From IMG/VR virus record IMGVR_UViG_3300013885_000001, positions 1 to 63,263 of that record: a stretch of 63,263 nucleotides of DNA, one strand, 5' to 3'. Position numbers and translations under genes: made by a program. Below the pieces are notes generated by a model, which did no database searches, had not been told where the DNA came from, and was given only the letters and a program-made list of their open reading frames with translations. This document shows positions 19,747-29,603 of this stretch, in pieces (position 1 is the stretch's first letter; every line of letters starts with the position of its first letter). This stretch comes from a virus. Taxonomy: Duplodnaviria > Caudoviricetes.

Positions 19747-20633
19747 AACCGAAGTATTACTCTACAGCTAAGCCATACTATAGATTTGAACTCCCTACTC
19801 TGATAAACGATTTAAAGAGAGTCGGGTGGGAAGATGAAACATTAGTAGCTGAACAGAAGGTAGATGGTGTAAGGGTCTCTCTCCTTAATATCGATGGTAG
19901 AGGCTATGTCTTTGTTGATCCTGAGGGACTAAAACAGAAGGATCCAAATGTCTCTAATAGATTACCAGATATTTGTAAGGAGCTAAAGGGGTTACCATCT
20001 AATACAATATTAGATGGGGAATTGTTATCCCTCAATAAAGATAGAAAGGAGGTGTTGCATAGAACAGTTACGAATGCTCTGTTGAATGCTACTACATTTG
20101 AAGCATCTAAATTGAGTGATATATCGATGGCATATGTTTTTAGGATATTATTCTATAAAGGTAATGATATAAGGAGCTACCCACTGAAAGAGGAACTTGA
20201 AATAAGATCTCAACTCAAGGATACTAAGCATATTCACTTTGCCAGGATATCAACCAGATTGGATAAACTTGCTGATGGCTATGTTTGTGGTATAAATGAT
20301 ATAATGCGTGTATCACATAAGGTCTTAAATCAGAATGCACTTGGCTTAAAACACTTAGCAGAAGGTGTAATGATAAAGAAACTGAACCATGAGTATGAAT
20401 ATCCTACTAACAAGGGATGGGCTAAAGCTAAAAGGTTTTATGAGTGTGATGTAAGAGTATTGGAGAAGTATCTTGTTAAAGATGCTCCTGGAGTTTACAA
20501 CTTTCTGTTAGGTATAGATATCACAAAGGGTTATGCATTGAAGATGCTTGAAACGGACTTTCATAAGTATGTAGGTGTATTGGTAGATGGTAAATTCTAC
20601 AGAGGTAGGGATGCATTAAGATGGTTAGAGTAA
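19743..20633 (+). CDS. ATP-dependent DNA ligase-like protein (adenylation domain plus start of OB fold)
   Basis: EQKVDGVR (KxDG), ILDGEL, AEGVMIKK, GWAKAK. Confidence 0.8.
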   Translation: MKPKYYSTAKPYYRFELPTLINDLKRVGWEDETLVAEQKVDGVRVSLLNIDGRGYVFVDPEGLKQKDPNVSNRLPDICKELKGLPSNTILDGELLSLNKDRKEVLHRTVTNALLNATTFEASKLSDISMAYVFRILFYKGNDIRSYPLKEELEIRSQLKDTKHIHFARISTRLDKLADGYVCGINDIMRVSHKVLNQNALGLKHLAEGVMIKKLNHEYEYPTNKGWAKAKRFYECDVRVLEKYLVKDAPGVYNFLLGIDITKGYALKMLETDFHKYVGVLVDGKFYRGRDALRWLE

Positions 20634-21835
20634 TACCTGTAATGATATTTGGTAAATCAGATAATGCTAAACCTGAAACGAAGATAGAGATTGGAGACAT
20701 AATTAGGGTAGCATCTGAGGAAGTTATCAAAAAGGAGATTGATGGGGTGGTCAGGTATTCAGGCTATATATCGAGATTCTTAGAACCCATACCTGAAAAA
20801 TCGGTAACAGACACTTTAGATGTCTTTGAGAAATTATCTATGTTCCAGCCTAAGAGACCATCAGTTGAAGAAATAGCAAGGTGGAAAACTACTAAAAAGC
20901 AACAAACAGAAAGGATATCTCCTGTTTTACTCCCTCCATTCCAAACACCCAAGAGAGAAGATATAGTATGTTTTAGATGTCCAGTATGTAAGAATATAGT
21001 GGTATGTGGCTATCGATTAGAAGGTAAAGAGTTGATGCAAGTGTGTCCTTTTTGTGGACATTTAGGATTAGTTAAGGTAAGTAAAGAAGAAAAACTAAAG
21101 TCGTTGAGATCTGATGTTGAAGTATCTAAAAAGGAAGGAAGAATACCTGATGATATATATGAGAAGTATGCAGTTGAAAATAAACCACTTCCTAAAGAGT
21201 TCTATAAGGATTATAGGGAAAGCAAGGTAGCTTTTGCTCAATTCCATATTAGGGGCATATTACCTGAAGATGCAGACAAATTCAAGTCTGGTAAAATATC
21301 AGTAGCGGAGATGGTAGAAGGTCATAGCTTACACTGTGATCTAAGAATAGACTTTGGGTTTGAAAAATTAATTCAATGGGTGATTACGGATAATGAACCT
21401 GCATCTTACATACGGACGTTTAAAGGAGAGACAGATCCTAAGACTGGGAACGTTCAGAAGTCAAAGGTAATAGTCAAACCATCGGCATTGTTAGAGCCTG
21501 AAGAAAAGAAAAAGTCTCAAGAAGAGACTTTAGCTTTAGATAAGGAGGGAGCTAAAATAGTTGAGAAGTATGATATAAAGAAAGGAAGCTATTTAATAGA
21601 ACCGGGAGATGTTGGGGCTACAGCTAAGACTTATGCGTACATGGAATTAATATGGGAGGGGAAAGTAAAAGCTGGAGTGCAGAGACAGGATTTGCATGAG
21701 TATTTTATGTATCCTAACGACGATTTGCCAAGTCTAAATAAAGAGCTATTTAACGGTAGGTTTATAATCAGGTGTTTCAAATTCAAGGATGGGAACACTT
21801 GGATGATATTTAAGGGATCAGGTGGTACACAATGA
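20621..21835 (+). CDS. Ligase OB-fold remainder plus Zn ribbon plus LigD-like 3'-phosphoesterase domain
   Basis: IGDIIRV; CPVC...CPFC; QFH...SLHCDLR, LIWEG, FNGRFIIR, WMIFK. Confidence 0.6.
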   Translation: MVRVIPVMIFGKSDNAKPETKIEIGDIIRVASEEVIKKEIDGVVRYSGYISRFLEPIPEKSVTDTLDVFEKLSMFQPKRPSVEEIARWKTTKKQQTERISPVLLPPFQTPKREDIVCFRCPVCKNIVVCGYRLEGKELMQVCPFCGHLGLVKVSKEEKLKSLRSDVEVSKKEGRIPDDIYEKYAVENKPLPKEFYKDYRESKVAFAQFHIRGILPEDADKFKSGKISVAEMVEGHSLHCDLRIDFGFEKLIQWVITDNEPASYIRTFKGETDPKTGNVQKSKVIVKPSALLEPEEKKKSQEETLALDKEGAKIVEKYDIKKGSYLIEPGDVGATAKTYAYMELIWEGKVKAGVQRQDLHEYFMYPNDDLPSLNKELFNGRFIIRCFKFKDGNTWMIFKGSGGTQ

Positions 21836-22488
21836 GGATATTAATATTATCCACACTAAACGGGATCATAAATCTTGAGCATAGAAGGAATATTGAGTAT
21901 ATGATAGGTAGTCTTGCTCTTGATCTAAGTAGGCATGATGAAGTAGATAAAGTAACATTGATCTGTTGCAAGGGATCTAAACTACTGAAGCTTGACAAGT
22001 TAGAAATAAGATATTCGGTAGATCCTCAAGTTGTAGATCCTATAAAAGATATAGTAGTGGAACATAAGCTTCTAAGTAAGATCAAAGACATGATACCCAA
22101 TTACGATATAGTTTGTGACTTTATGAATCATGGATGTATAGGTGAATATGAAGATGAACTGAAAAATACTGTGGTTTGTCACGTATTTTATAAGAAGCCA
22201 AGCGAATATATTGTGGGATCGGAATACACTCATCTCCTTGCTTTATCTGAACATCTATCTAAGTATGTATCTCGGTTATATAACAAGCCATGCACCACTC
22301 TAACAGGTACTGGATTGAGTCTGCTATCATCATCTCTTTTAGATTATTTCAAGCGAGAGGTGGTTGCGAAAGGCAAAGCGGGTAAGGGTGGCTATCCTAT
22401 GGACCCGATATTGCATAAGGATCAAGGGGATTATTTTCCGAAGAAGGCTAAAGATGTGAATAAGTTTGGTAAAGAGGCATATAAATAA
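21832..22488 (+). CDS. GT-B (GT4) N-terminal-like partial domain with unrelated C-terminal tail
   Basis: MRILILST...IEYMIGSLALDL...LALSEH resembles the N-halves of the genes at 24938 and 25939. Confidence 0.45.
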   Translation: MRILILSTLNGIINLEHRRNIEYMIGSLALDLSRHDEVDKVTLICCKGSKLLKLDKLEIRYSVDPQVVDPIKDIVVEHKLLSKIKDMIPNYDIVCDFMNHGCIGEYEDELKNTVVCHVFYKKPSEYIVGSEYTHLLALSEHLSKYVSRLYNKPCTTLTGTGLSLLSSSLLDYFKREVVAKGKAGKGGYPMDPILHKDQGDYFPKKAKDVNKFGKEAYK

Positions 22489-22516
22489 GTAGTAGGTAGT
22501 AGGTAGTAGGTAGATC

Positions 22517-22675
22517 ATGGTAAGGAATAAGCTTAATGCTGAGATATTAGATTCTCAATTTTGTCAGATATGTGGTAGGAAGCTAAGAAGGGGCAAGAAA
22601 ATAAAGTTATGTGGTAATATATATGTTTGTGAAATGTGCTACAAGAATGAGGTAAAGAATAATGAAAGGCTATAA
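22517..22675 (+). CDS. 52-aa Zn-finger protein (not in ORF track)
   Basis: CQICG...VCEMCY. Confidence 0.55.
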   Translation: MVRNKLNAEILDSQFCQICGRKLRRGKKIKLCGNIYVCEMCYKNEVKNNERL

Positions 22676-23366
22676 TGAGGATTCAGACGTGACAGTAGTA
22701 ATACCCACAGTGTTTAATCTGTTTGACGATCCTAAAGTTCTTTCGCTCCTGTTTGAATGTGATTACTTCAGAAAACTGATTGTAGTGGTAGAGGTTGCTA
22801 ACAAGGACTATATCGAAAAGGCTATGCGGGTCTACTATGATAATATACCAGCTATTATGCTGGTGTTAGATTCTCATCCTTCGGGTTTAGCATCAGCGTT
22901 TAATAAAGGACTTAAATTATCAGATACGAAATATACAATGATGATGGCAGACGATATTTATGCTACAGACGGGTTTATAACATCACTTCAGAGAGCTTTA
23001 GATGAGCATGAGAACTTAGGTTGGGTCTCATCTATTCAGCTTAACCATCCTGAGTTTCCATTTACAGCGATGTGCTCAATGATACGCACAGATCTCTTAA
23101 AGGATGTAGATTATCTTGATGAGAGGTTTAATCCAGCTTGTTTTGATGATGCTGATTTGGTAATGAAGGTTAGATCATACGGTTATAGAGTAGTAGGTGT
23201 TAGATCATCAAAAGTGTATCATTTAGGAGACGCTTTAACTGTTAGCAGACTAACTAATCATAGATCAGGTGAGACAAAGGGTCTTTATGAGATAAACCGT
23301 AAGAAGTTTGAAGAAAAGTGGGGTATTGATAATTTCTATTGGGCGGATATTGAGGTGATTGAATGA
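22662..23366 (+). CDS. Glycosyltransferase family 2
   Basis: VTVVIPT, AFNKGL, MADD, LDERF..FDDADL, KFEEKW. Confidence 0.85.
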   Translation: MKGYNEDSDVTVVIPTVFNLFDDPKVLSLLFECDYFRKLIVVVEVANKDYIEKAMRVYYDNIPAIMLVLDSHPSGLASAFNKGLKLSDTKYTMMMADDIYATDGFITSLQRALDEHENLGWVSSIQLNHPEFPFTAMCSMIRTDLLKDVDYLDERFNPACFDDADLVMKVRSYGYRVVGVRSSKVYHLGDALTVSRLTNHRSGETKGLYEINRKKFEEKWGIDNFYWADIEVIE

Positions 23367-23995
23367 CGGCTCATTGGGAAGTTGAAGATACGTCTTGCAT
23401 GATAGGCATTCCATACATGGGTCCAGTATCTCTTGAGTGGGCACTTATGTTTAGACAGGTTATTCTTCCAAAGGATAGTTTTGTAATGACAAGCTCTGGT
23501 ATGCCTATAGATATAGCAAGGGAAAAGATAGTTAAGAGCTTTATGAAAAGAGACTTTCAATGGTTATTCTTTTTAGACTCTGATATACACATACAACCCG
23601 ATACAATCATGAAAATGATCTCTAAGAAACTTCCTATATTATCTGGTTTATATTATACAAGATATCCACCCATACAACCTGTCTGCTGGAGGATTACAGA
23701 AAGAGGTAGAGAAGTAATACCATTTAAGTTGGGAGATGTTGTAGAGGCAGAAGCAGGTGGATCGGGTTGTTTATTGATACATAGATCCGTCTTTGAGAGA
23801 ATTCTACCACCATACTTTAGATGGACATTGGGTCTCAAGTCTGAAAGGTTGGAGGGTATGTCGGAGGACTTTTATTTTTTCAGGAAGGCAAGAAGGGCTG
23901 GTTTTAAGTTTCTAATTGATACATCTATTCAATGTAAACATGAAGTGAAACAAGTAGTAGATGCAAATGGGAAGTATGGATTCTTGAGAATATGA
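23363..23995 (+). CDS. GT-A fold glycosyltransferase
   Basis: LFFLDSD, GSGCLLIHRSVFE, SEDFYF. Confidence 0.82.
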   Translation: MTAHWEVEDTSCMIGIPYMGPVSLEWALMFRQVILPKDSFVMTSSGMPIDIAREKIVKSFMKRDFQWLFFLDSDIHIQPDTIMKMISKKLPILSGLYYTRYPPIQPVCWRITERGREVIPFKLGDVVEAEAGGSGCLLIHRSVFERILPPYFRWTLGLKSERLEGMSEDFYFFRKARRAGFKFLIDTSIQCKHEVKQVVDANGKYGFLRI

Positions 23996-24972
23996 AAGTG
24001 CTTGAAGTTGGTGGAGGAGAAAATCCGAGATATCATCCGAATTTAGATATAAGAGACTTACCTCAAGTGGATATAGTAGCTGATATAAGAGATGGTATAC
24101 CGTTCTGTGATGGAGTGTTAGATTTGATCTATTGTAACCATCTCATAGAGCATCTCAATTTTAATGAGGCAGAGAGGTTTATAGATGAATGTCATAGAGT
24201 CCTGGCTAAGAAGGGAAGGTTGATAGTTGGATTTCCAGACATCAAAGAGATTGCAGACTATATAAACTACCGACCTATCAACTTACATTCTATAGATATG
24301 ATTTACGGTGCACAGGATTATGAAACTAATCTACATAAGTCGGGTTTTAACACTGAAAGTCTTCGATCAATGGTAGAGAAGAAAGGGTTCAGGCTACTGG
24401 GTGAAACAGTTGCACCTGACAACATTTGTAAGTTGGTTTCATTTATCAAGGATGATCCAGTGATTGAGATATCAGATGATCTGTTCTTTGATCTCATGCG
24501 ATTTCTTGAAGTCTCCAAGAGGTTTATGGGTGATCTTATAAACGATATAGATAAGTATGATAATGAAGGGAGTTTTAGGGATCGGTCAAACTATTACCAG
24601 TCTATACCATTTCTATTGAGAACGGAACTCAGATCATATAACACTAACAATCTCATTAGTAAGTTATCTGGCTTAGATCATATATTGCAGATTGGTGGGA
24701 ATACAACAGTAGCTTTGGGTCTCTCCACTAAAGTAGCTTCTCTTACTCTGTGTCATAAAGGAATAGCTAAGGATTTTGCTGGAAGGAGATTGGATGGTGA
24801 TAATTTGAAAGTGATTGATGTTGGTTGTTTAGGGAAGTTAGATAATAGATTTGATAAAATTGTGTTGCTTGATCCTCATATGATTGATTACAAGATATTG
24901 TTAAGTAAAATAGATGAGTTTGGAGAGATAATTCCATATGAATATACTGATAATCACTCCCACAGTGTTTAG
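23992..24972 (+). CDS. Class I SAM-dependent methyltransferase
   Basis: VLEVGGG, HLIEHL, CHRVLAKKGRL. Confidence 0.8.
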   Translation: MKVLEVGGGENPRYHPNLDIRDLPQVDIVADIRDGIPFCDGVLDLIYCNHLIEHLNFNEAERFIDECHRVLAKKGRLIVGFPDIKEIADYINYRPINLHSIDMIYGAQDYETNLHKSGFNTESLRSMVEKKGFRLLGETVAPDNICKLVSFIKDDPVIEISDDLFFDLMRFLEVSKRFMGDLINDIDKYDNEGSFRDRSNYYQSIPFLLRTELRSYNTNNLISKLSGLDHILQIGGNTTVALGLSTKVASLTLCHKGIAKDFAGRRLDGDNLKVIDVGCLGKLDNRFDKIVLLDPHMIDYKILLSKIDEFGEIIPYEYTDNHSHSV

Positions 24973-25945
24973 GTATCCGATTAAGAGTTATGCGGGTATC
25001 GAATATCTTTGCCAGGAGTTAGCAGTTGGGTTAGTGAAACGAGGACATAAAGTTGATCTTGTAGCACCAAGAGGCTCTAAGATAGAAGGGGTTAATGTTA
25101 TAGAGACGGTTTATCTCAATTCAAATGATAATCTTGAGTATGTCCAATTTTCAATTTTGAAAGATTTTCCACTTGGTAACTATGATGTGATACATGATAA
25201 TACTCATGGCTGTTATATGTATTTACACGAGGATGTCAATAAACTCCCGTTGATATGGACTTTACATGATCCACCACATTTCAAAACTAAACCACCAGTC
25301 AAATATATGAGATTAGTTGCTATATCTAAGAGACAACAGAGTTTATTATCCAAGTTAGGCTTTAGTTCCAAGCTGGTATATAATGGAGTGAAGTTAGATA
25401 ATTATAGATATAATGAGGAGAAGTTAAATAGATTATTATACTTTTCAAGGTTTAGTCAGGAGAAGGGAGCGCATATTGCAATCGATATAGCACATAGGCT
25501 TAGAATGCCTATAGATGTAGCTGGTGGTATTTATGTTCGGAGTAAGGGATATCTTGAGCATATTAAGCGGGTATGTGAGAAGATACCAGAAGCTACATAT
25601 TGGGGAGAGGTATCAAATGAGTTGAGAACAGAATTATTAAGCAGAGCAAAATGTTTAGTGTTCCCTATACTACATGAAGAACCATTTGGGTTAGTTGTAT
25701 TAGAGGCTATGGCATCAGGCACACCTCCCATCGTAAGAAATCGGGGTCCTATGTCTGAATTTGTTAAACATGGAGAGAACGGGTATCTATGTGAGACTGA
25801 CGATGATATACTTAAGGCAGTGGGACAAGTTGATGAGATCGAGAAAAGAAAGTGTTTGGAGACGGCTCAAAGGTTTAGTTCAGATGTTATGATTGAGAAT
25901 TATATAAAGTTGTATGAAGAAGTGATGGATGGTGAAGCTTGGTGA
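24938..25945 (+). CDS. Glycosyltransferase family 4
   Basis: YAGIE, EKGAH, EPFGLVVLEAMASGTP. Confidence 0.9.
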   Translation: MNILIITPTVFRYPIKSYAGIEYLCQELAVGLVKRGHKVDLVAPRGSKIEGVNVIETVYLNSNDNLEYVQFSILKDFPLGNYDVIHDNTHGCYMYLHEDVNKLPLIWTLHDPPHFKTKPPVKYMRLVAISKRQQSLLSKLGFSSKLVYNGVKLDNYRYNEEKLNRLLYFSRFSQEKGAHIAIDIAHRLRMPIDVAGGIYVRSKGYLEHIKRVCEKIPEATYWGEVSNELRTELLSRAKCLVFPILHEEPFGLVVLEAMASGTPPIVRNRGPMSEFVKHGENGYLCETDDDILKAVGQVDEIEKRKCLETAQRFSSDVMIENYIKLYEEVMDGEAW

Positions 25946-26877
25946 ATATCCTGATAATAACTGATAGGGTTATCAATAAAGCGAGTACGGATATGGTTGC
26001 TAAGTTCATAAGAGATCTGAGCTTAGGCTTAGCGAGATTGGGATACAAAGTTAGTCTGTTATGTAAGACAGGATCAGAAATTAATTTAGTCCAAGTATTT
26101 ACTGCTGATAATGAGGAGCAGATGATAAGGAGTATCAGAGATAAGCTTTTTAAATTCGATGTTATAAGCTCTCATACTAATAGAAATCTCATCTATAACT
26201 TGCAGAGCGTAGATAAGTTGCCAGTCTGCGCTACATTTCATGATATACCCAAGAGTATTCCCTCATTGATAGACTTCCCGTGCTTCATAGGGGCGTCTAA
26301 TCTCGTTTGTAATCAGTCAAGTTTAGTAGTCGGTTGTCCTGTTAGGCTAATATACGATACATTAGATCCTTCGAATTATGATGTATGTGGGAAGAAAGGA
26401 GATTATGTCTTGTATAATGCACCTATCACTGAAGATAATGGAGTTTATGATGCATTCGAGATCTGTAAGACTCAGAATCTAAAGATTATTGGTAATATTG
26501 GGAATGAGACGAGCACTTATATTAAGCTAAGCCATAGAAAGGAAATGATAGGTAGAGTGGGAGTTTATGCGGAGAGGTATTTGCTTAGGAATGCCAAGTG
26601 TTTGTTAGTGCCTCAACGTTCTCCAATCTGCAATGGTTTATCTATAGTTGAAGCAAATCTATGTGGAACTCCTGTGGTTATCAGGAATGTTTTAGGGGCT
26701 AATGAATATGTTAGTGAAGGGGTTAACTTTCTATTCGATAAGAATGAAGATGCATCTGATTGCATAGAGCAATTGGGAGAGAGCTCGTCTGTAGATGCAT
26801 CTGTTCATTCATTCGAGGATATGCTAAACCAATATGTGGATTTATTTAGGGACGTGGCTGTATTTGATCGATGGTAA
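25939..26877 (+). CDS. Glycosyltransferase family 4, divergent paralog
   Basis: GLSIVEANLCGTPVV; same layout as the upstream GT4. Confidence 0.72.
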   Translation: MVNILIITDRVINKASTDMVAKFIRDLSLGLARLGYKVSLLCKTGSEINLVQVFTADNEEQMIRSIRDKLFKFDVISSHTNRNLIYNLQSVDKLPVCATFHDIPKSIPSLIDFPCFIGASNLVCNQSSLVVGCPVRLIYDTLDPSNYDVCGKKGDYVLYNAPITEDNGVYDAFEICKTQNLKIIGNIGNETSTYIKLSHRKEMIGRVGVYAERYLLRNAKCLLVPQRSPICNGLSIVEANLCGTPVVIRNVLGANEYVSEGVNFLFDKNEDASDCIEQLGESSSVDASVHSFEDMLNQYVDLFRDVAVFDRW

Positions 26878-26908
26878 AGGATGGAAGAGATGGAGGTGAT
26901 GAGAAGCA

Positions 26909-27523
26909 ATGATGGGTTTAAGAGATTTGTTTCTTAATGAAGATGCGGTTGCAAATGTAGTAATTCAGGAAGTTAATGGAGCAGCTGGATCTCAAGTATA
27001 TACTACTCTTACGTCTGCGAGATATTGCACCGATGATGATGCAACACCAGGTCTATCAAATCCAATTCCGGTTCCAGCATCAGGATCGTTTAATTTTTCA
27101 TTCTGGAAGTCGCATTGTCTTGATATATCAGGCACATTTACGCAAGTCAATAATATAAGATGGTATACAGATGGAACGATAAACTGGACACTCGGTACAT
27201 CAGGCAGAGTCTATGTTGGGACAAAAGATACGGGTGATAATGGCTGTCCAATAGCGAACTATGCACAAGCCACTGGAACAGTTGGCACTACTGGACATGA
27301 TATATGGGATGCAGCGAATGGTCATCCTTATTATAAAGATGAGACTACAAAATATACAGAAGCTGTGAGCTATACAAGTGCGAGTCCATTAACGGTTGAT
27401 ACAACGAACTACACAACTGCAAGTAAATCTAAAATTGTAGTAACTCAAGTGAGCGTGGATGATGATGCTACTCAGGGAGCTCAACCGGCGGAGGTATACA
27501 CGTTTAGGTATGATGAGATCTAA
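26909..27523 (+). CDS. Putative virion structural protein (Thr/Gly-rich, beta-rich)
   Basis: Composition, position and RBS. Confidence 0.5.
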   Translation: MMGLRDLFLNEDAVANVVIQEVNGAAGSQVYTTLTSARYCTDDDATPGLSNPIPVPASGSFNFSFWKSHCLDISGTFTQVNNIRWYTDGTINWTLGTSGRVYVGTKDTGDNGCPIANYAQATGTVGTTGHDIWDAANGHPYYKDETTKYTEAVSYTSASPLTVDTTNYTTASKSKIVVTQVSVDDDATQGAQPAEVYTFRYDEI

Positions 27524-27568
27524 AGTCTGTTTTTGATGTCATAGATATTAGGATTAGGTTGAGACAGA

Positions 27569-27925
27569 ATGAATTTTGAGTGGGTTGTTCATCTGAAAGA
27601 TAATAGGTGCGTCTTTCAATATGATCCATACACTAAACAGGAAATAAAATGGAATGATGCCTATCTCTCTGATGCTACTAAGATAGGTTGGTATCCATAT
27701 GTAGAGAGTAGTGATAAACTGATGATACTACCGAGTCCTCATTTTGAGCTTGCTTTATACGATCATGTCAAGCCATTAATATTTAGGCGTAATAATATCT
27801 CTTTTAATAATAGGGGTGTAACTGGAGATAAGGAGGTAAGATACGTGCTTGGGTATGAGTTCGATAAAAGAAGGTGTATTATGATGATATCGGAGAACGG
27901 TAATGTCGTAATGAGTTTGGATTAG
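27569..27925 (+). CDS. Hypothetical protein
   Basis: ORF within the structural operon. Confidence 0.6.
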   Translation: MNFEWVVHLKDNRCVFQYDPYTKQEIKWNDAYLSDATKIGWYPYVESSDKLMILPSPHFELALYDHVKPLIFRRNNISFNNRGVTGDKEVRYVLGYEFDKRRCIMMISENGNVVMSLD

Positions 27926-27935
27926 TTTTGTAAAT

Positions 27936-29292
27936 ATGCCAGAGATTACGGTTCAGATAGCAGATATATATGATGACGCATACCAAGAGGGATCATCTTG
28001 GATTCAGAACTATAATTATGTAAGTTTTGGCAAGACTCTTGGAATTCCTTGTAGGACTGCTCTTCGTTTTAGCATTCCTATACCACGAGGTAGTCAGATA
28101 ATTAGTTCACAACTTGAATTTTGCGCTGGTGCATCTACCTCTTTACCCACATCGTTCACCACGAATATTAGAGTTTATGAAACGGGAAATATGCCACCTT
28201 TTGATGCACCTCCAGATATCCCTCTATCAACTGAGTCGGTTTCTTGGGAGGTCCCTCCCTGGACTAAGGATGAATGGTATAAGAGCACAGATGTTTCTAC
28301 ATTAGTTCAGCATATTGTTAATAGATCAGACTGGCAAGCGAATAATTATATCGGGTTTAATTTAGATGAGGGTGATGCTGGACTTATGCAAATAAGAGAT
28401 GCCTATGCATACGAATATTCTCCTACAGCGGCTGCTAAGCTTCATGTAAAGTATACTTTGACACTCACTGAATCCTCTCAATTTGACACACTGATATCTA
28501 AAGATGTCCCAAAGACATATACTTTTGATAACTTTATACAAAAACAAAACATTTATATATCAGGACTGATTAATATATTACTGAGGTCGGCACTTACTAA
28601 AGATTATCCGATTGACAACATGATACAGATGTTAGATATTGAGAAAGATGAAACAAGTGATGTAATAATCAAGGCTTTGATATTTAAGGGATATGATATA
28701 GATGCTCTGGTTAAGACTCTTGGTTTAACAAAAGCACAACTCATGGATACTCTCATAAGAGCATCCTTAGATAGGAGTTTGTTCTTAGAAACAGTTATCA
28801 GTAGAAAATATTTTAAAACTCAAGCTGTTGATGTTTTCGTAAAGAAGATTGGTGAGACGGATACTAATATCGATAGTATTTTGAAGTTATTGGGGATACA
28901 ACGAGATTTGATAACTACGCTTCTGTTACAGACTGAAGCTACGAGTGACATGGAGGCGGATACATCACTAATCTTAAGATTTGAAAATAATCTGTTTAAT
29001 GACATATTGTTGAAACGTCTGAACAATAGCTTAAGTCTGGCTTATAGTATCCTGATAGGGGATGAAGAATTTTTTAAACTTAAAGAGGTTATATATGATG
29101 TGTATTCAAACATAAGAAATGAGTATGGGATTAAGAACACTATGAGGGGATATCTACATTGCTTATCTTGCTTTGAAGAGGATGTATGAAGTGCGTAATT
29201 GTTTAAGAGATATCTATGATGTTTATACGGACTCTAAGGTCGGGTATAATGTGAGAACCAGTTTAAAGAGTATATATGACGTGGCATCATGA
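27936..29292 (+). CDS. Putative adhesin/fibre protein; as assembled it stops at 29189, with a frameshifted extension to 29292
   Basis: N-terminal domain shared with 38576 and 45123 (DDA...LRF...W..S.D...LVQ..VNR..W..NN); C-terminal 10-aa repeats continue in the +1 frame. Confidence 0.6.
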
Positions 29293-29603
29293 CAAGCATA
29301 AATATTGTAAAGGGAGATAGGAATTTTAAACTTCGGTTTAGAGTTAGGAATGCAGATGATGAGATACAAGATTTGACTGGTGCATCGATATTATTTAAAG
29401 CGAGGTTAAGAGGACAAGATGATACAGTTGAAGGAGTTTGTGAGATAGAGGATGCATCGAATGGTATATGTTATTATGAAGTTAAGCAGGATGACTTCAA
29501 ATTTACGGGTATCTATGATGCTGAATTAGAGATTACTTACGTTGAGACGGATAAGGTGATCACGTGTCCTGATATACAAGTATTGGTTAAGGAAGAACTA
29601 TGA
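29289..29603 (+). CDS. BppU-like Ig-fold baseplate/fibre adaptor
   Basis: IVKGD...DLTGA...NGICYY...GIYDAELEITY. Confidence 0.65.
   Translation: MTSINIVKGDRNFKLRFRVRNADDEIQDLTGASILFKARLRGQDDTVEGVCEIEDASNGICYYEVKQDDFKFTGIYDAELEITYVETDKVITCPDIQVLVKEEL

Noticed and set aside
22489-22513. GTAGTAG x3 microsatellite
   Set aside because: Short intergenic slippage repeat with no evidence of function
26909-27523. Second major capsid protein to match the second protease
   Set aside because: Too short and lacks HK97-like motifs
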